A DNA stretch of 64,000 nt from Neoechinorhynchus agilis (Eukaryota > Animalia > Acanthocephala), in assembly GCA_051530055.1 (NCBI GenBank), contig CM121342.1:5951489-6015488 (forward strand), written 5' to 3'. This document shows positions 1 to 11,688 of this stretch, piece after piece. How positions within the stretch are numbered: the stretch's first letter is position 1; each line of letters opens with the position of its first letter. The notes under the pieces were generated by a model. It had not been told where the DNA came from, did no database searches, and saw only the letters and a program-made list of their open reading frames with translations. The position numbers and the translations under genes are program-made.

Positions 1-3000
1 TTTTAACTACCTTCATGTAAGTGTCCGTGCCGTTAATGTGGTCTTCAAATCGCAAAAGCTTCACATACGAACATAGGTTCAAACGTCTTAGAGCAAACAT
101 AATCCATTTGAAGTTGACTTTCACTAATTTATTTGAAGGCCGCAAAATAAATTTGAAATGATTTTAAACTGCCGATTGTTTTTTGAAAATGGCAATTTAA
201 AAAATCTAATTTTTCTATACCACATAAAATAAACCACTAATTGGTTTTTCCGATATTTCATCTCTTGGCTCCCGAATTTTAGTGGGACTTTTCTATAAAA
301 TTGACCCAAATGGATTGAATTTGCAATAGGCAATAAGAATGGAAATCGTATTGATTATCGAAGAATCGGTCGTGCATTAGACGAAGATCATGGCAATAAA
401 ACAAAGCTCTACCATATTCTTGTAATTGTGAATACATTGTGGCACATTGTTCAAGATACCAAAGACAATGTAAATGTCGCATATAATCCTCAATAGTACC
501 CGTTTCCCTACAAAATGGTCTAATCAATTCATCGGCTTCTGATCGCATTCCACACTTTAAGAGCAACTGAACGCACTTTGTGTTCAAATACCGATCGGCA
601 GTATCGAGACTTTGTGCCGTCATAAGAACGTCCAATGCAGCTCTGTAAGCACCGATTGATTGCAGAACATCAGCTTTTGCCTCTAAAGACTCAATAAAAG
701 TTGGAGTGTGCGATATGACTTCATTGAGTTCTTTAAGTGCTTCCTCAAAGTTATCCATGAGTTGTGCGTGAAGAAGACGGGTTCTTGCATGAACAGCAGG
801 ATCCTGAACTTCACTTAACAACTCACGAACGATTTCAGCCGCTTGTTCACGAACCACCGAACCACAATCCGTGATTATCTCGCCAATTGCCGGTGATCCA
901 CGTTCAAGGTAACTACGGATAAAATGACGAATACGGTTCTTGCGTGAGTCCGAGTCGGGATCATGTCTAATCATGAACACTTTAAGACTCAAGGAAGCTT
1001 TATCGTCTTGAGCGACGTTAAGAATGGATTTGTAGAGGTTTGAAGGTAATAGACCGCATGCCATGTCCGGATAACGAGACACGAGGCGAGAAATACACTC
1101 GCTATCTTCACCATCCGTTAAATCGAGCTTGATCCGAAGAAACTCACATTCGTTGCGAATTCGATGCTCGTTCTCTTTCAAGTGTTCCAATGCATCAACT
1201 TTCGGCATACTCTCACGAATTATCATGTTTTCGTAAAGAACGAGCTCACTGTCTTCGACGGCAGTCAGTTTAGGATCCAACTTTATTCCTTGGAATAGTC
1301 TCAGGATCTCAAGAGCTTCAAAATGCTCACCACAGAGATGACATGCAAGGGCGTATCCGATCCATGAAGCTCGCTGATTTGGTCGAAGCATGAGCATGTT
1401 GTGCCGAGTCCGTTTGAAAGACTCGAAATCACGGAGATGAACTTGAACGTTTGATAAATCACGAAGAATCGTAAAGTTCTCCTAAAAAATTTGAGAAGTA
1501 ACAAAAAATTTAAAGAATTTTGAAAAGGTTTCAACATATAAACCAGTGTTTAAATGTAGCCAATTAAAACCATGGAAAACCTGATTTTCTTTTTTTAACA
1601 TCATTTGAGCTCTACAAATCCATATTCTAACTCGAGTCCTAAAAAGGAATTTCTTCACTCTTAAATAAGAGTTTGACATGAAAAACCAATTTTTTTTGGA
1701 TAAATTCAATGGAGAAACCCAATCTTCTCACGATTGCAAGATGCTTCAATCCAAAAAACACTTAAAACCCCAACTTTTTTAAAAGTAATTTGACGAGGTT
1801 TTCTTTTTTTAACATCATTTGAGCTCCACAAGTCCATAGAATGCTATCTCGAGTCGTAAAGAATTTCTTCATTCTTAAATAAGAGTTTGACATGAAAAAC
1901 CAAATTTTTTTGGATAAATTCAATGGAGAAACCCAATCTTCTCACGATTGCAAGTTGCTTCAATCTAAAAAAACTTAAAACCCCAACTTTTTTAAAAGTA
2001 ATTTGACGAGATTTTCTTTTTTTAACATCATTTGAGCTCCACAAGTCAATAGAATGCTATCTCGAGTCGCAAAGAATTTCTTCACCCTTAAATAAGAGTT
2101 TGACATGAAAAACCAAATTTTTTGGATAAATTCAATGGAAAAACCCAATCTTCTCACGATTGCAAGTTGCTTCAATCTAAAAAAACACTTAAAACCCCAA
2201 CTTTTTTAAAAGTAATTTGACGAGATTTTCTTTTTTTAACATCATTTGAGCTCCACAAGTCCATAGAATGCTATCTCGAGTCGTAAAGAATTTCTTCATT
2301 CTTAAATAAGAGTTTGACATGAAAAACCAAATTTTTTTGGATAAATTCAATGGAGAAACCCAATCTTCTCACGATTGCAAGTTGCTTCAATCTAAAAAAA
2401 ACTTAAAACCCCAACTTTTTTAAAAGTAATTTGACGAGATTTTCTTTTTTTAACATCATTTGAGCTCCACAAGTCAATAGAATGCTATCTCGAGTCGCAA
2501 AGAATTTCTTCACCCTTAAATAAGAGTTTGACATGAAAAACCAAATTTTTTGGATAAATTCAATGGAAAAACCCAATCTTCTCACGATTGCAAGTTGCTT
2601 CAATCTAAAAAAACACTTAAAACCCCAACTTTTTTAAAAGTAATCGAGGTTTTCTTTTTTTAACATCGTTTGAGCTCCACAAATCCATAGAGATTCTATC
2701 CCGAGTCCTAAATAAGAATTTCTTCACTCGACATGAAAACCAAATTTGGATAAATTCGATAGACGATGAAAACTGACCTTGTCCCGATTGTAAGCATTAA
2801 CGTAGGCTTTCGCAGCATCTTCATAATGACCATAAGTTCGATTAAAATGTCCAAAGACTTGCCAACAGATTGAACTGCTCATATTATTTCGAAGTCCTTT
2901 AAGAATGCTTTCTTTAGCTTCCATTTGTCGTTCTGGTTGATTGCCGCCGCCGCCTCCACCTCCTCCGCCTCCGATATTCATAAGGATAAGACCTCGCATT

Positions 3001-3272
3001 GCGTAAGTTTCTAAAGATGTTTAAACGTTAAAATCCGCTTTAAAAACCAAAAAAGAACCTCCATGATCGGGTTTCATACGCAATAGATCTCTAATGACCT
3101 GAAGAGCTTTTTTATGTTGTTTTTCGTCATAAAGCCTCTAAATAAAGGTGTTCAAATCCACAAAAAAAGTTGAGATTACCCCAATTTTCCTGAACATATT
3201 CTGCTCACGCAACGTTGTTAGCCGCTGGGAATCGGCTACAGGAACCTTGACATCAGAAGAACGTGACGTCAT
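1..3272 (-). CDS. NAA15: N-terminal acetyltransferase A auxiliary subunit (TPR); multi-exon, continues past the left edge
   Basis: Spliced translation gives HGETYAMRGL...ICWQVFG...DK|ENFTILRDLSNVQVHLRD...RPNQRASWIGYA...LDTADRYLNTKC...DNQYDFHSYCL, matching NAA15/Nat1 motifs. GT-AG introns near 3135-3179, 3011-3058 and 1482-2777. ATG at 3272. Confidence 0.95.
1570..2760. repeat. Tandem array, ~214-bp unit, ~5.5 copies, inside NAA15 intron 1482-2777
   Basis: Unit 'aacatcatttgagctccacaagtc...cccaactttttaaaagtaatttgacgag' recurs every ~214 bp. Confidence 0.95.
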
Positions 3273-4939
3273 CTCTCTTTCTCAAGGTGCAGATAAAGGA
3301 GCGCAAAAAGATTAACTCGCATTCGTGCCGTGATTGTTCTTCCGTATTTTCGATGATGATGTCACGAATTTGAACACACACGTTCAAAATCGCAATTGAA
3401 ATGACGCTTTCGCAAATTCGAAAACATATTTGGAATCAGCGCGATGAGTTGTACTAAATCCCGATTTTCATTCTGATGGCTTAGAAAAAGAATCTCTGGT
3501 GAACGAATCTTTTTGTATTGGGCTGTCGGACAGGCAAAAGTTAAAAAGTCTTCTGTTCAACTTTTAACAAATTTAGGCATTCGTGTTCATTTGAGAATAA
3601 TCCAAATTGGGTTTTTGATACGGATCGAGAGAGAAAGATTATGATTTTTTTCTAACTTGCAGAAAAAAATATTGGTTATTGATCGGCCGTTTAATTCGTT
3701 CGCTGTTAAGTGTATAATTCAAAATGAAGGTTTTGAAATGTTTTATTGACAAATTTAGTTTTAAAAAAATTACGTTTTTCTGATTTTTTTCTAGCTTGCA
3801 GAATATCCTTCGAAATTCCCGTTTATAAAATTATTCTTTATATCGGATGTATAAAAATTAAAAGAATTTATTGATTTAAAAAATCTAATCGATGACCTTT
3901 TGTTCAAAAGCCGTTCAAATATTGTGCCTTCGAAATCAATCGTAATCAATAAAAAAATTTAAAAACCTTTTTTTAGTCCTTTACAATTTAAATAATTGAA
4001 TTTAAAAAATTACCGTTTTCTTATTATCTTCGTGCCCTTACATAAAGATAATTTTTATTTAATCCCATTAATCGATTTGATTGTTGTATGGGTTTTTTCA
4101 ACAACGGATTATTGCGATCAATATGACGCCAAGAAGTGCAATCGAATACACGAGTTCAATTGGCGTACTGTTAATTATGTAGACAGTGATGAGAAAAGCC
4201 GCTATGCAAAACATCAGTCGCCAATATCTAACAATATTGTTCGATTGAATCGGTCGATGTAATCGGTCAATGTAATTGTCGATGTTAAAGTCCGATGGCA
4301 TTTGCTTTTCATTGATTACTGCTCGGTTTGAGAAACGGTTGCCATGACGATTTTTGAGAGGACCACATCTTTAAAACAATAATGTCGTACCGATCTTTCT
4401 TTTTGGTGCCTTCAATTCGGAAACCTCGTCTACTCGAAACACTTAAACAATTACTGAATTTTCTTAATAATTTAGGAATCTTTAATTGTTCAACTGAGCA
4501 ATTGCTTTAAAAACTTACAATCAATTGCTTAGTTGTCTGTTTGTTTATGGCATAAATCCAATATTTCGTGCTCCGAATTTTTTCTTAGAGAATAGGGATC
4601 GGAATTCATGGTCTTAAAAAAATTTGTGGATGGACAAGAGACTATAGGCATTCCAAAAGGCAACGATCAATACTCGAATTTGGTGCTTTGCCGTAGGCCG
4701 AAGCTTTTAAAATGCCAACTGAATAAATTTTGGATAAAATGAAGTTTTTTTGTTTGAACAAATTCATAATCGTCGTATGGTACAAAGTTTGACTTTATAC
4801 GCTTTTCTGTAATCTGCCATCAGAACTTTGACTTTTAGAGAAATGTTCTTTTTTTATTCTAGGACATAGATTTTTTGGGAAATCTCAGAAAAATGACAAT
4901 TGTTTCGGTTCCTTAAGAGCGGTCCAAATCTTGTTTTAA

Positions 4940-6386
4940 TCATCCGGGGAGGCGGTACAATGCGTACGTTAAGATGATCATCATTAAACCTATCATGGCC
5001 AAGAATAAAATCGATAATGTACCAATAATGTGTTTTTGTCCTGATTTTTTTACCACACATCTCACAACATCAATGGTGAAATTCGCACTTTGTTCACTAA
5101 AGCCATCGGAAGCCACGCATTGAACCACAATGCGAGTTTGATTGTTTTTTGGTTTCTCTACGACCATTGTAAATTGTTTATTTGAACTAACTGACAGTTT
5201 TCGTCGTGATTCCGAATGATTAGATATTGTCGAGAAAACATAAGTACAATTATTGGCACATTCCCAAGGACAGTTCAGTGTAATAGAACGACCCACCGCA
5301 GCTACTACATAGTTCTGAGTATTGCGAATGAACACAATGTTCGGACTGAATACAATTTTTTGTTTACATAGTAACTTTCTGGATACATTTGGGTCTTCTA
5401 TACGATGAGAATCATAAGTGGGAAGGGTAACATATTTTTTTTAAAGAAATTTATATTAGATTTTAAAGTCAAAAATTCTTAAAGATTGATTTAAAAATGA
5501 GCGATTTTCGCTTTTGCTTAGAGTTTCTCATCTTTACATCTTTACTATAATGACCATTTTCACTAAATTCAATTGAACAATTCACAATTTCATTGTTTTT
5601 GATGTCATTTTGATTGAAAGTAAAAGAATTCGTTATAATTCGGCAAGATGTTGGCGCATAAGCCTTGATAGGTGCTGAAAACAGCCTAAGTTTGTTAAAT
5701 TCCATTGAATTAATTCTCACGAGTGTATTGTACGAAAAACTCTTGTTTGGATCCAACAGATAATGTTGTAGCTTTTGACAGTATATAATTCCGCAATTTA
5801 GATCAGCAGAAATTGCATTTGATTGAAGTCGATATGTTCGACGTCCGTCACAAATTCCATTCGTTAAATGCCGGAAAACGTTAATAGAATATCTCTTAAT
5901 GATCTCAGCGAATCCAACACCTTGCAATTCTACACCAACGGCAAAGTAAATTTCAGTAATGTTAGCCTGTACGTTTCCAATAATGAGTTCACCATTTTTA
6001 TTTGTCTGAATCCATGATGAAAACATGGATTTGTATTGGCTATTTTCATGATCATACGCAATAGCTCGTGGGATAGTCCAATTCAAAGACTGAAAACTTA
6101 ATATGTACCAAACAATTCGAAAATCAAGATCGTTTTCTTTTAGGAAGTTCAATCTTTCGTTCACTTGTCTACTTAATTTCAGAGTTAAATTCGCTCCAAT
6201 TTCAACCGTTACTGTACGAACGGGAAAACCGTCGTATTTATTTGGTACAAACTTGAGGTTTTGTGTTATATTCCACAATTCTTCAACTTGATGTCTAGAT
6301 AACGCTAATTCTGTATCACCGTAAACTAGTTCATTCAAATAGGCTTCCTTCGATAAAAGTGCGCTAAAGAATACAACAATTATCAT
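4940..6386 (-). CDS. Type I membrane protein with Ig-like domains, at least 2 exons
   Basis: Hydrophobic N-terminus. Ig-like motifs VTVEIGANLTLK..W..GELIIGNVQ and VGRSITLNCPW..VQCVASDG. C-terminal TM IIGTLSILFLAMIGLMMIILTYALY. Frames join through an AG acceptor near 5395. Confidence 0.65.
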
Positions 6387-6755
6387 TCAGCCAATGAGGA
6401 TTACTGATTTTTCAACTAAAAAATCTCCATGGAAACTAATCAATGATTTCACTGTGGTTATAAAAGTAAGAAAATTTGTGAAAATTAAAGACGCTGCTTA
6501 TTTATGAGATGAAATCGCTGAACAAAACAAAAAATGCCAGATCAATGCTCTCCGATGAAATCCGATACGTTCAAAGAAATCACTGAAGCTTGAGTTTACA
6601 AATGAGTGCCATGTGTTGTTGAAAGAGAAATGCTCAAACTAAAGAAAACAATGTTCAATCAGGTGATAAATTACAAAAGTAATGGAAAAAGGGCCAGTTC
6701 GTATCTATCGATACTTATTTGAGTGATCAAGCAACGATCTCTAACGAACGACGAA

Positions 6756-7658
6756 ATGATCGCAGTCTTCTTTTTAACAATCTTGGTAATGTCAATCAAA
6801 AGTTTTTCTGTGAATATCGATTATAGTACGAAATCAACCGATTTACCTGCTTATAATCTCACCATTAAAACGCCGTTCGGTAAAACTGTTCAATTTTTAA
6901 CAAATCAAACAGTTGCCGTAGATGAAGCCCTCGTTTTGGTTTACTTGGACGCGGCATCAGAATGGATCCGAAGTTTTGCGGGACGAAATAAAAGCGACTC
7001 CGTAATCGCAAACGAAGAGCCAATTTATGTTTCTGAACTTGTTTTGAACATAAATGGCTATTCTTCGATTGAGGAAGACATTATTCCTGAATTGGAAAAT
7101 CATTCGAACGTTGATAATTTGGCGGACCAAGTTCTGGACATCTCGGACCTTTTTCCAAGTTTCAATAGCACTACGGAGTCAACTGATCACAAAAACATAA
7201 CCAACATTTCTGCAAATCTTACAATCGAAGATTCGGTCATTTCAGTTTCCGATCTTTTCAGCGATCAAAGTCCAAAAGCTAAAAAATCAATCGTCTCTCG
7301 TCAAACTCAAAATAATGATCAGGTTGAAAGAGAGGAAACGAAGGAAACATTTGACTGGTACAATCCTTCTTTACTTTTTCTTCATGACATTTGTGAAGGC
7401 GTTTTTATCAGCACTCAGAAACCCAAAAACGCCTATAATCTTTTAGGATTCGATTGCATCTTCGAGCCTTCCAAACACGATTTTCCAATTCTTATATTTC
7501 CAATCAAATCGATATGCATCACGACTGGCTCAATGGATTGTGAAATGAACAATGAACTTTTTCGCCCATTTCATCTCGAACGGCGATCGAATCGCGCTCT
7601 GAGATTGTTTCCTATTTTATCACAAATTCTTAGTTTGTGTTTTCTTTTAATTTTATAA
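6756..7658 (+). CDS. Unknown secreted or GPI-type glycoprotein (~300 aa), copy 1
   Basis: Long ORF with signal peptide MIAVFFLTILVMSIKSFS, many N-x-S/T sequons, a Cys-containing C-terminal region and a hydrophobic tail. Near-identical copy at 26010-26912. Confidence 0.7.
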   Translation: MIAVFFLTILVMSIKSFSVNIDYSTKSTDLPAYNLTIKTPFGKTVQFLTNQTVAVDEALVLVYLDAASEWIRSFAGRNKSDSVIANEEPIYVSELVLNINGYSSIEEDIIPELENHSNVDNLADQVLDISDLFPSFNSTTESTDHKNITNISANLTIEDSVISVSDLFSDQSPKAKKSIVSRQTQNNDQVEREETKETFDWYNPSLLFLHDICEGVFISTQKPKNAYNLLGFDCIFEPSKHDFPILIFPIKSICITTGSMDCEMNNELFRPFHLERRSNRALRLFPILSQILSLCFLLIL

Positions 7659-8204
7659 AATCTTTTAAATTGTTAGATTTTTTCCAATTAGTCCGCTGCT
7701 TTGAATCTGAGAAGCACCCGAACGAGAATAAAAGTTGGTAAGACTTTTTTTTGCTAAGTGAACCGAAAAGCCCAAGTCAATGGGCTACGATGATACAGAT
7801 CCTTGAGGATTGTCGCTATTCTTTTCCTTCTTCCTCAAGAGTCCGCCAACCGATTTCGCTTGAAGGTGGCAATGTCCAAGGTCGGACGACTCCGAAAAGA
7901 CCACTTTGCGTCTCTGAGACAAACTGTGTTCAGCACAGATTCGGATCGTCTACATTAGGAAATTGTACAAAATTAACAATTTTTTTCAACCGCGTAAATT
8001 GTTAAAAAATTATTTGGAAAAAATAATGTTCAATCTAAGGCCTAAGGCACATTAATAAGCAAGTCAATTTTTGGAAGAACGTAAAAACAAATTTCCTTAA
8101 TGAAATTAACATTGGGGAGATTTCCGGCATTTGAAAGATTTTTTCCCATTAGTGTGCCTGTGCAATGAGAAGCACCCGATCGAGAATAAATAATAATGCT
8201 TTCT

Positions 8205-8885
8205 TTTTCTTATTTTTCCCATTTTTGATTCAAAAATTCAGCAAAATTTCGATATTTCGCGTCTCGGATAAATCCTACATTTTCTCAAGGTTTCTGTCAT
8301 TGCTTCAAAGTGTTTTATTCGCACATCGAAAAAAAACCTTGAGGAAATACCGTGGTTATTGGGCGTAAAATAAGAGGAATTTTGCTGACTTTTTGACTCA
8401 AAAATACTCCCCAAAACTCTTGGTTGTGATGTTAAAGTGAAACCGACCAGTGTTTTCTATTAGAAAACCAAAAGATTTCCCCACTTTTGATTCAAAAATT
8501 CAGCAAAATTTCGATATTTCACGTCTCGGATAACTCCTACATTTCCCCAAAGTTTCCAATTCGGCGTAAAATAAGAGGAATTTTGCTGACTTTTTGACTC
8601 AAAAATACTCCCCAAAACTCTTGGTTGTGATGTTAAAGTGAAACCGACCAGTGTTTTCTATTAGAAAACCAAAAGATTTCCCCATTTTTGATTCAAAAAT
8701 TCAGCAAAATTTCGATATTTCACGTCTCGGATAACTCCTACATTTCCCCAAAGTTTCCAATTCGGCGTAAAATAAGAGGAATTTTGCTGACTTTTTGACT
8801 CAAAAATACTCCCCAAACCTCTTCGTTGTGATGTTAGAGTGAAACCGACCAGTGTTTTCTATTAAAAACCAAAAGATTTCCTTTT
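8205..8885. repeat. Tandem array, ~200-bp unit, ~3 copies, just downstream of SAR1
   Basis: 'ttttgattcaaaaattcagcaaaatttcgatatttc' recurs at ~8223, 8486 and 8686. Confidence 0.9.
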
Positions 8886-8941
8886 ACTCTCTCTCCTTGG
8901 CGCAAAATCTGCTTACATGCAAGTGTTTGTGACTTTTTTTG

Positions 8942-9520
8942 TTAAAAGTATTGAGTAAGCCACCGAAACCCTTCGCCGTATCCTTGTTTTTTCAGGATAG
9001 AGCACATGAACACTTCAAGAGGGCGTCCATTAATTTCTTGTCTCGAGATTTTCCCTTTTCCGGTCATACTTTGTTGAACACCAAGGGCGTGGACTAACTC
9101 ATATTCGGCAGCAGCTCCAGGTTTGTCAATCTTATTGCCTAAAACCAGTACTGGACAATTAATAACGTCTTCATTCAATAAAATATCGTCAAGTTCTTTT
9201 TTGGCATCGGCAAGTCGAGCTCGGTTACTTGCGTCCACAACAAATACAATCGCATCCACCACAGGGAAATAAGTTTGCCAAACTTTACGGGCTTGTTCAT
9301 GACCTCCCAAGTCGTGAGTTGTGAACGTTATATTCTCAACTGTCAATTCTTCACTCGTTGGATGCAGTGTAGGCACGTGAGTTGCCATTCGACCTTCCCT
9401 GAGCATATGAAGTAAAGTCGTCTTGCCAGCGTCGTCTAAACCAATAAATATCAATTTTCCTTTCTTTTGATAAAGTCCCATGTAACGGAGAGCGTCCATG
9501 AACCAATCAAATATGAACAT
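8942..9520 (-). CDS. SAR1: Small COPII GTPase Sar1, intronless, 192 aa
   Basis: [85 protein letters not shown] at 9520. Confidence 0.97.
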   Translation of the reverse strand: MFIFDWFMDALRYMGLYQKKGKLIFIGLDDAGKTTLLHMLREGRMATHVPTLHPTSEELTVENITFTTHDLGGHEQARKVWQTYFPVVDAIVFVVDASNRARLADAKKELDDILLNEDVINCPVLVLGNKIDKPGAAAEYELVHALGVQQSMTGKGKISRQEINGRPLEVFMCSILKKQGYGEGFRWLTQYF

Positions 9521-9605
9521 TCTTTTTTGAATGGAAACGACAAAGACAATGCGCACAGTTGCTTTGAATGATGTACACGGAAGAATTCCGAGTGTTGGAG
9601 AATGA

Positions 9606-10137
9606 TAGAAAATTCGGTTTTGTGATTAAAGTCGAACCGACGAAATATTGAGAACAATAAATTTAATATCTAAGAATTTGCTCGCTAAGGAAAGTCTCAT
9701 TCGTTCACTATGCGGATGAAATTTCCTTTTGTGTCCGTCTCGGGCGAAGGGATTATGATTTTCACAACTCTGAATCTTGCTCGAGAAAGTTGAAAGGAAA
9801 ATTCGGTTTTGTGATTAAAGTCGAACGGACGAAATATTGAGAACAATAAATTTAATATCTAAGAATTTGCTCGCTAAGGAAAGTCTCATTCGTTCACTAT
9901 GCGGATGAAATTTCCTTTTGTGTCCGTCTCGGGCGAAGGGATTATGATTTTCACAACTCTGAATCTTGCTCGAGAAAGTTGAAAGGAAAATTCGGTTTTG
10001 TGATTAAAGTCGAACCGACGAAATATTGAGAACAATAAATTTAATATCTAAGAATTTGCTCGCTAAGGAAAGTCTCATTCGTTCACTATGCGGATGAAAT
10101 TACCTTTTGTGTCCGTCTCGGGCGAAGGGATTATGAT
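9606..10137. repeat. Tandem array, 189-bp unit, ~2.8 copies, upstream of SAR1
   Basis: 'ttcggttttgtgattaaagtcgaa' starts at 9613, 9802 and 9991. Confidence 0.95.
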
Positions 10138-10145
10138 GACCACGG

Positions 10146-10672
10146 CCATTATCTTCGACATTTTTTAAATCTAATCATTTAGATTTAAAGGATATTTAAA
10201 AACATGGGCACCGGTTATACTTATTGGACTGACCATAGTCGTCACAATAATGGCACTGAAGATCAAAAAATGATTAAGTTATCATCGTTGTTAATGTTGC
10301 AAATACTTTTCGGCTCAACTCCTCTTTAAACTAAAGGTGTCTCCGAATGAACATTTTATCTTAAATTTGGACAGGAAAACTAAATGTAACTATTATGGCT
10401 AGGGGCACATTTTTTTAATTTTTACAATAATAAAGCACAAAACATGCAATCACCACCGTCCGCAAAATCGGAGCTTCCATCCATCTTCGGCTGTCGCCAT
10501 CACGCTGGCAGCATTGCCCCGTTGTACTGCGAGCGAGATATTTTGTCGAAGGAATGCACCTGCTCGTGCGTCGCCGGTCGTTTCTCTCAATTTCTTCGAG
10601 AGATCCAGGAGCAGAGTGCCGAGCTGCCAAGCGCTCCATACGTCTCTACCCCGAAGGGGACAAAATAGTGGG
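10146..10672. repeat. Duplicate of 21926-22452 (TMEM222 last exon and 3' UTR plus a CRE 3' end)
   Basis: First ~320 bp are identical to 21926-22248. The remainder is the same retroelement tail with a divergent patch. Confidence 0.95.
10415..10672 (-). mobile_element. 3'-terminal fragment of a CRE-type (REL endonuclease) non-LTR retrotransposon
   Basis: Minus-strand translation GVETYGALG..ETTGDARAGAFLRQNISLAVQRGNAASV is the typical CRE-clade REL C-terminus. It is followed by an A-rich tail. Confidence 0.85.
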
Positions 10673-11231
10673 TCCTTGCTAATTCTCTATATTTTCGTAC
10701 CTTCCTCCATTCCGCTGCACCTCCAGCGAAAGCAAATTTGATATTCCTCAATAGTAACTTCCATTATATTTTCCGAACATGACAAATACAAATAATACTT
10801 TTAAAATAATTTTGCACCATTGCTATATCTGCGTTACATGAAAACTAATAGCAGCTTATTAAAATTATGAATATTCGGAATTCTTCAAAAGCCACATTTG
10901 ACAGTAAGAGAACGTTTATGCAGCAGAAATTGTTATTTGAATTGACATTTTAACGAAATATGAAAAAAAATATGCTGGCGGCAAAAAAGAGTTCAATTGT
11001 ATTTAATAAAACCTTCACGCAGAAAAATATTTTTAGAAAAAAATATGCGAAAAACATATTTTATACATTTAAATCAGTAGCTTTGTAGATGCAAAGCCCG
11101 TATGAAGAATTCGTTTTTTAAGATCCCTAACGGATTTACAGTGGTTTTATGGATACTAAAAACATTCTAGCAAAGGGAAGTTGAAGAGTCATTGGATTTG
11201 ATAGTCTAATTTCACGTTTTAAGTAATGAAA

Positions 11232-11597
11232 TCAAAAATGACCTCCTCCTTTTTGAATGCGCTTCTGTTTCCGCGCTGTGTTCAATTTTGCAATTAGTTC
11301 TTTCCTTTTTGCTTGTGTCCTAGCAGCCTCGATCTCTCGTGCAATTGGATAAGTATGTGGTTGACCGGGAACGCCAGCCTTTTGTCGCTGAGTACACTCA
11401 TGGACTTCAATTTGACGATGTTCAATGCAAAACCTTTGTTTGCAACAGTAGCACTCAATTCCATAGATGCCCAATTTTTCCTTGCAATGCCTGTAGAAAC
11501 ATACGTCGTTCGGTTTTCTTTGACTCTCAATTTCTTGTAAAATGTCCATATCGTTCGCTTCCTTGCAATCCTCGTTATGTTTCTTTTTTTTCGGCAT
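11232..11597 (-). CDS. Stand-alone AN1-type zinc-finger protein resembling the IGHMBP2 C-terminus
   Basis: C-x4-C-x10-C-x2-C-x4-C-x2-H-x5-H-x-C (CFYRHC..CYCC..FCIEHRQIEVHEC), a basic N-terminus and a basic C-terminal helix. ATG at 11597 lies 12 nt after TTTTCAG. Confidence 0.8.
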   Translation of the reverse strand: MPKKKKHNEDCKEANDMDILQEIESQRKPNDVCFYRHCKEKLGIYGIECYCCKQRFCIEHRQIEVHECTQRQKAGVPGQPHTYPIAREIEAARTQAKRKELIAKLNTARKQKRIQKGGGHF

Positions 11598-11688
11598 TTT
11601 ATGCAAAATCTGAAAATCAAGTTAGCAATAATGAGATAAATATTTCGGTTTAGCTGAGCGTACAACTAAGCTGAATTTTATGTGGTCA

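Noticed and set aside
4098-4301. 67-aa ORF with two hydrophobic segments
   Set aside because: No recognisable family and no confident splice connections. It could be a real small membrane protein but cannot be supported.
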